From contig NC_043003.1 in assembly GCF_006345805.1 (NCBI RefSeq), positions 43,090,001 to 43,154,000 on the forward strand: a stretch of 64,000 nt of DNA, written 5' to 3'. Origin of the DNA: Octopus sinensis. Lineage: Eukaryota. Shown one piece after another: positions 57,187 to 64,000 of the stretch. Position 1 is the first letter of the stretch, and every line of letters starts with the position of its first letter. A program made the translations under genes and the position numbers. The notes beneath the pieces were generated by a model. The model did not search any database. It saw nothing but the letters and a program-made list of their open reading frames with translations, and was not told where the DNA came from.

Positions 57187-58726
57187 AATTTTATTTAACC
57201 AAGTTGGTCTACACAAAGAGGGAACGTTACAGAGACAGAAGAGGGGTTGAGGAACGAATGATTTACAACATGATGTTAGATATATATAGTTAAAAAAATA
57301 AATGAAAGATATGAAAATCGAGTGGATTAAAACAGAATAGAGGGACGCGACCAACCTCACAAATCACGTACCAATACTGAAACTTGTTTCTTGTTTTCCT
57401 TTTGTTCTCACTGAAGTAGGTTCATTCACACTCAGCATTCTTGCAACAATCTTCCATCTTTTCTCGAATGCCCTTTGCGACAAGCATCTCTTCTCCAGCC
57501 TTATTTTCCTTTTCAGGTGGCAAAGGAAAATGTTAACCAAACCAAGTGTGGTGATGAAGATGCCCGTCGCAATCCATTTCGCTCGTGTCTTCCAAACTAC
57601 CTCCTTCGCGAAAGACACTACACAAAGGAAACAAGCCTGCTCTTACCTGTTCACAGAAGTCGGCAGAACAGTCTTAACTATAGACTGGGGTGACAGTTTT
57701 ACGCTTCTCAGACATGACAGCTGTTGCTCGACATAAACCAATATCTCCGAAATCTTCGGACACTGCACAATTGCGTGCAGAACAGTTTCACTGTCCTGCC
57801 AGTATCCTGGGAAAGTTAGTGTGGGTGAAGAACAATGTCTTTAGGGTTTATCCCGAACAGGTAAGGCTTCTCAGTAATATTGCTATGCCAGGAACTTGTG
57901 GTAATTATCCATAGGTCATGGCCCGAATGTTCTCCGGTACAGGCCGGCATGTTGATCGTCATCGAAGCCCAGGGTTTCTCCTAGCGCATCGTCACACTTG
58001 AAATCAACTAACCCTCTATAAAACGTCGAGATGGAACTCCCGCCGCGTTTCCCGTCTGCGAGATGAGCAAGAGTACCTCACGGCACTCTGCTTGCCAAGC
58101 ACCCAACTTCGGTCTACGTTTAATCCATTGGTTCAGTTCACTGAAAGAAATGAACCGCGGAAGCAACAGTCTGACGAACGGAGACCACACATGCTCACCG
58201 TCCAAAGATGCCTTAGCCAAAGATACCTCAGCCTCAGCACATGCCTGCGCAGTTTTAGCAATAGAACTCCCCCTTCAGCGGTTGTTGGCAGGAAATATAT
58301 CACCTTACAAGAGGTCCCCTGTTCCTCCACAAAAAAAGCGGAAGAGCTTGCGTTCCTAATAGTTCAGTCACGAATCTGGGCAAGGACTCAGGCAGTAGGT
58401 AATTGCAGATACGATAAACACACCTGCAACATCCAGGGATAACTTCCACTCAAACCAGTTCTGAGTTAGAAGAGCTAACCTGTTCGCCACCTCGCTACAG
58501 TACTTCTCTATCTGGGGGACCAGCCCAAACCAGACTCCTAGCATTTTAACTGGTCCATCCATCGAATATCCCACGACGTTGTTGGGCGGTGTAGACTTGT
58601 CACTCTATGTGCCCAGCTGCAAAACGACCGACTTATCTCGGTTAATTTTTGCTCCTGTCACCACTTCGTAATCACTTATGGCCTTACCTACCCACTGTAG
58701 GTGTTCGACCCGGGATACGATGACGG
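57187..58726 (-). mobile_element. 5'-truncated Tx1-like (L1 group) LINE with 17-bp TSD
   Basis: YEVVTGAKINRDKSVVLQLGT...PVKMLGVWFG...W..WKLSL...AKEVVWKTR...HLKRKIRLEK...FEKRW, with an AATAAA near the 3' end. TSD CATCAYCACATAAACCA at 57170-57186 and 58727-58743. Confidence 0.88.
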
Positions 58727-58862
58727 CATCACCACATAAACCACCGCCACCACCACACCTACTACCAACGTTACCTTCACTACTACAGTCGCCACCAGCA
58801 CTACCAGCACCACCAGTACCAGCACCACCACCACAAACACCACCACCACCACCATCACCATC

Positions 58863-58904
<42 letters not shown>

Positions 58905-59141
58905 GTTATCCACTATAATTTCATAACCACATATAAAGGCGATTATATACTGAAAAGTGATTGAAATTTTATTTTATGGATAAAGGAAGGAGGACAACAA
59001 ATATATTTTACCATGATTTGAACTGAAGTCAGAAACTGAAATAAAGGATGATCTTTTACTTGGCATGTTAGTCGATCACTGTCCTTTCATAATATTACAA
59101 ATATTAAAATGGTTGAAGAAACTGATTTTATCAACTGCAAA

Positions 59142-59375
59142 CTTGCTTGCTTGCTTCACGCTGTTGCCTGATGAGGCTAGGACCAACACAGGTTAGTTGT
59201 CCCATAGACTTCATCATGAGGTGAGCAGGACCACCGGTAATCTTCATCAGTGCTGGTCCACTGCCAGCCCCTCCGCATCTCCCAAGGTGACGTTGTGCTT
59301 CTGAATACCTTCCCACATAACGTCCAGCCACGAGATTTTCGTGACCTGCAGACTATGCAATCGGCAGAGAGAATC
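59142..59375 (-). mobile_element. Probable RTE-type LINE 3' end
   Basis: GC-richer island ending on the minus strand in (GCAA)3, preceded by a stem-loop; coding remnant not clearly identifiable. Confidence 0.45.
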
Positions 59376-61824
59376 AACTAATTTCAACAATGTAGTAATT
59401 TAGTTTGTTAAGTTTGAGAAAGAGAGAGAGAGAGAGAAAGACAGAAAGAAAGAGAGAGAAAGACAAAGACAGAGAGAGAGAGAAAGATGGAGAGAGACAG
59501 AGAGAGCCCTCAAAACTATAAAATGAAACTATTAACACATATGATCCGACTAACTTAGGATCTATGTACAATGGAAAATACATCGAGAATTGGAAGAGGA
59601 ATTCTCGATTCATAGGGACACTCCTGTTATATACACTGTGTGCGGAATGCTATTGACTTGGAGGAGACATTAGTCTTCTGTTCGGACCAAAGTCGATGTC
59701 TTCTTGAACGTGTGAGAGCCAGATAGAAATACAGAAACGAGTCGCTCACAGTGCAGGTATAGTACTTTCTTAAACTTATATATCTATCCAGAAAAGTTGA
59801 AAGTTATGAGTAGAAAACCAGAACTAATACTGCAATGTTATCCAAATCTCTGACAGTTCAACCGATTCGTTTTCTTCAGTACAAATGTCGAGCAAGTTTC
59901 ATGTATGACGACTCTCGTCAATATACTTGATTAAACCATTCAAAGTGTTCCAGCATGAGCTCAACTTAATAAATGGCAAAAGTCAAAATTATATATATAT
60001 ATATACTCTATCTCATCCTGTTCTCGGAGGATTCTTTTCTAAACACATTTACAGACCGCGTGTATCGTTGCAAACGTTGGCAAAAACATACCTTTAGTTC
60101 CTATAAGTAATTTCTACCAATCTATAAAATTCGACCTTTACCATTCTTCTTTTATTTCCACTAAATATATCTATTTCCACGCCTTTTAGCTTTACTCCCA
60201 TTCATCTATCACACCACCTTTCTCCACACTTGGTTTTCTGATAATTTCTTTCTTTCTCCTCCTTCTTTTTCTTTAAATCGCATTTGATGTTAATTCTCAG
60301 CAGAGTAACAAAACAAGAGCATAAAGTAAAAAAGAAAGAAAAGAAAAGAAAACGTGGCCTAGAGAAAAGTCTAGAAGCCCTATATGTTAAAAGCATATTA
60401 TTTGCCATCTAGGGACTACGAGGTCTGTAGGTACAGGAGTGAGCTAGTATTAGTCTAGGGAATACTACAAATTTATTAACAGGTAGATGCAATTTAAAGT
60501 GGGGAGCAGGATGTTTTAAAAAATTAGTTTTCAAGAAGATGTATAGAAGGAAAATACTGATATGATTATCAAAATGCTAACGAAGTAATCTCAAGTGAAT
60601 GTAAACAATTACCGTAGCGTGCTTAAGAAAATTTACTCATAGAAGTTATTACCAAGAATCCCATCTATAGTCCTCAATAGGGCAAGTCTAAGTCCAGCAG
60701 TCTCTACATGTGGTCAGTTACAATTTGAACTGAGGTCACAAGAAGTCAATGATATAGATGGTGTGGGACCGCTTGTGTCCTTCAACATTTTAACGTTATA
60801 ACATGCATGAAAGAATCCACGGATTGTTGTTAAGGGGAGGTAAGTAATACTGGTAATTCAGCGATTCAATTAAGGCTACAAGGAAATGAAATTGGACTTA
60901 ACCTCATATATAGCGAATTGTTTTAATAATTAGGTGTAAACAGGTGCGCAAGAAAAATCCATCTTATACGTACATTAAAAAGCACAAATAAAACGGCACT
61001 TACAATTAGGCAGTTAATATTTAAGGCGTAATCACATGTTGAATATTATCAACAAATGAAAATCCCTAAATATGCTTAGTAAGCATTACATAGTAATTAA
61101 AGTTATATACTCCCTATTATTGTAAAACAATTTAAAAGAGTATATTGGCATTATATGGATACAGTTAATGCCAGGTCCGCATGATGATTAGTACTATAAG
61201 AAAAGTTTCCTTAAATCAAACAATTTACCAAGCATACTTAAAAAGCAAAAACAAATTCCCTAAGATAAGAATGAAATACTAATTAAAACTAATCATTAAA
61301 GTTATAAACAAAAGTATATTAAATCAAAGTGGGTGCAAAATGCTATTACAATCAACAGGTTGTGGTTATAGTACATTATCCTCCAAAATAGAATATTTCC
61401 GTCAATAAAATCTAATAATTTTAAAATTATAGTCAAATCATATATAAACTCTAAGTGGGTGCAGCCATACAATTTCCATTAATGGGCATTACATACCGCT
61501 CTACATAGTGCAATAAATTTATACAAATATTTCCTGCTAAGCCTAAATAACATAGTTCCACAATAAACAGATACATACAATATAAGGTGGGGAGGGTGGG
61601 CATAGAGTATAATAAAATAGAAAAATAACATAATAAAACAATAAAATGAAAAAATGAATAAATCAAACTTGGGGGAAATATTGTTCGGGATATTATGGGA
61701 TAAACACACAACGCTACATATATACGTAAATACATGCATACATACATACATACTTGTGTATACTATACACAATTTTAAACTCGTGATTAGTTGTGTGTAC
61801 GTTTGTAAACGTGTGTGTGGTTTT

Positions 61825-61892
<68 letters not shown>

Positions 61893-61913
61893 GTGTGTGT
61901 TTGTGTGTGTTGT

Positions 61914-62729
61914 GTGTCGCTCAAATTGAATGCAGTAGATGTCCTTTGTTATCGTTTGGTTTGGGTTTAAAAGTTCAAAGTGGATTAAACCTTTCATATC
62001 CCACGAAAGAGATAACAACACCTTCTTCAGCCTGGGTTGCCGGTGTTTCTCCTTTCCCTACCCACTGTTTTCGGCGCTTGACATTTGTATACAGAACCCA
62101 GTTATCGTCACCAGTCAATATTCGGTCTCAAAATGTTACATTCGTGAGACGTGACAGCAAACAAGAGCACACATTCACGCCTTGCATGCGATTAGACTGA
62201 GAAAGTTTGACCCAATTTGCTGACGTTTCCAAAGACATGGAGGTGTCAATGAATGGTTGAATGGCCAAATACAAGCTTTTTTGCTAATTTCTCAACAGTT
62301 ACGATGGAATTTGTTCGACTAGGGTTTGCAGGATGTCCTCACTGAGCTCTACAGATCTTTCAGGACGAGGCTCATTTAGGCTGGAGTTTCCGGATCGGAA
62401 TTTCTGGAAACACCGTTGACACTGGCTTACGCTTACTGTCCGATCTCCATATACTACATTGCTCGCACTTTCCGTTGCGTTGTTGCTTTTATTGAAATCA
62501 TAAAGCAAAATAAGCCGAATATGTCCCTTAGTCAGTTCCCATACAGCTTTGAAAAAAATTACTGTTAAAATCAAACTGCACTCTTCAAAACTTGCACTAA
62601 GAGTAAGCACAAAATAAAGTTACTACCTGCTTCTATAGCAAGTTGATGCAAGTAGTTTATCCTGTCTCACTCCGACGTTTAGGTCATGCTACTGAAAAAA
62701 ACCCGCGTTATTTATGGAATGACTCAATA
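61914..62729 (-). mobile_element. Mariner transposon relic (left TIR plus transposase N-terminal half)
   Basis: Terminus TA-TTGAGTCATTCCATAAATAACGCGG; HIRLILLYDF.K..NATE...VYGDRTVSVSQCQRCFQKFRSG..SL..PRP.R, DRILTGDDNWVLYTN, VLLSLSWDMKGLIHFELL.PNQTIT.DIYC.Q. Confidence 0.92.
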
Positions 62730-62892
62730 TAAAGTATATATGTATATGTACATATATATATGGTCGATAGGAATACATTCTTACATATACTTTATATATT
62801 TTCACATATCCTTATCGGTATACACACACACACACACACACACACATACGCACACGCACATACACACATACACACACACATATATGACTGAC

Positions 62893-63405
62893 TGATCTGG
62901 ATTACTGGTACCACTTTAAAGCCTTGAAACTCGACTCTCTCCAGCTCCGCCGCGAGCGGTACATCATTTGCACAATGTGGAGAATATACATCCAGCATTG
63001 CCCAAACTATATGAACATTAGCTTTATGGTTCATCCAAGGCTGGGACCACGGGCCATACTTCCCCTGCCCAATTCAGAATCACATCATATGGGTACTCTG
63101 CGACACAATATATCTTTCTCAACAGGCCCTACCCCATTTAAAATTGTCTCAAAACTCATCAAAGAGGAAAAGGATCCGATCCCCTTTAAATAGAAGCTGG
63201 ACAAATTTCTTCAAGGGATACCAAATAAGCTACCTATACCTGGATACAACTCATTCAACGGGAACGTCATACTTGAATAGACCATGACACCACAAAACTT
63301 GACTTAAAAAGGATTTACATAATCGTACCAGGTGGTGCTATTACGTTAGACATGGCTTGGACCAATCCCTGGTCGAAACATATCTAAGTTTATCTAAGTA
63401 AGTTT
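62893..63405 (+). mobile_element. CR1/L2-group LINE 3' end
   Basis: LDYW..FKALKLDSLQLRRERYIICTMWRI...HPRLG...GP..F......K.....FK*KLDKFL..IP; tail TATCTAAGTT repeated. Confidence 0.85.
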
Positions 63406-63429
63406 TATATATAAATATATACATATATA

Positions 63430-63912
63430 TATAGATAAATGAAAGAATGGAGTCGAACGGCGATTTAACAAAATTCCTTTATTCTCGACATATGTTTCGA
63501 AGACTGCATATTCCTAATTCCGAAGGAATAAAGGGTGCATTATGCCGTCTTCTCATCAGAAAAGACAAGGAACTTATGTCAGCATCATGACGAACAAAAA
63601 CTTTTAGATGACTGCCCACACGGAGTCCATAGTGATAATGAGAAGACGGCATAATGCACCCTTTATTCCTTCGGAATTAGGAATATGCAGTCTTCGAAAC
63701 ATATGACGAGAATAAAGGAATGTTGTTAAATCACCGTTCGACTCCATTCTTTCATTTATCTATAGTAAAAAAACACACAAATTTCTACACGAAAGCACGT
63801 GATTTCTGCCCTTGGCATGTAGCTTCAACCGTGCTTTCTGACGTAAATTTGCTACCCAGGTATCGGTTAACCGAATTATCCATACTAGGATAATTCATTC
63901 AACTACTTAAAC

Positions 63913-63915
<3 letters not shown>
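63430..63915. mobile_element. PLE pseudo-LTR pair in inverted orientation: 127-bp arms 63430-63556 and 63638-63764
   Basis: Arms differ at 3 positions by manual comparison, 81-nt spacer. Homologous to the UTR downstream of the GIY-YIG fragment at 24.6-24.9 kb (TACCWGGGTAGCAAA and the ribozyme region). Confidence 0.85.
63473..63573 (-). ncRNA. Type I hammerhead ribozyme motif with extended stem II
   Basis: Minus strand TTCCTTGTCTTTT-CTGATGA-GAAGAC...GTCTTC-GAAA-CATAT-GTC-GAGAATAAAGGAA: intact core, palindromic stem III ACAUAUGU, GUC cleavage predicted between 63487 and 63486. Confidence 0.85.
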
Positions 63916-63966
<51 letters not shown>

Positions 63967-64000
63967 ACATATATGCATATATATACATGTATATGCATAT

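Noticed and set aside
59160-59220. CTGATGA as a hammerhead core
   Set aside because: No GAAA or stem III follows. It pairs with the downstream TCATCA as an ordinary LINE 3' hairpin.

Overview
AT-rich, microsatellite-saturated eukaryotic DNA. The SINE families and repeat landscape look like a coleoid cephalopod (Octopus) genome; this is an inference from recognised repeat families. Nearly all ORFs in the track are artefacts of (TA)n, (CA)n, (ATT)n, (TATC)n and (CCA/CTA)n tracts. The interpretable content is mostly decayed mobile DNA. It includes several tRNA-derived SINE families (one forming three adjacent ~183-bp tandem arrays at 45.3-48.0 kb), R4/Dong-type RLE LINEs sitting in (TAA)n, a Tx1-like LINE with a 17-bp TSD, RTE and CR1-group 3' ends, Chapaev-type and mariner transposase relics, and at least three Penelope-like element (PLE) fragments. 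The most interesting signal is a set of minimal type I hammerhead ribozyme motifs: three with intact cores (18.6, 31.3 and 63.5 kb) and one or two degenerate. Each has a palindromic stem III and lies in a PLE-like pseudo-LTR, and one is inside a 127-bp near-perfect inverted repeat. A chain of phase-compatible minus-strand exons (12449 down to 85, including an 18-nt microexon) and a separate pair near 51 kb may be host-gene exons, but I could not identify a product. No rRNA, bona fide tRNA or CRISPR array was seen.
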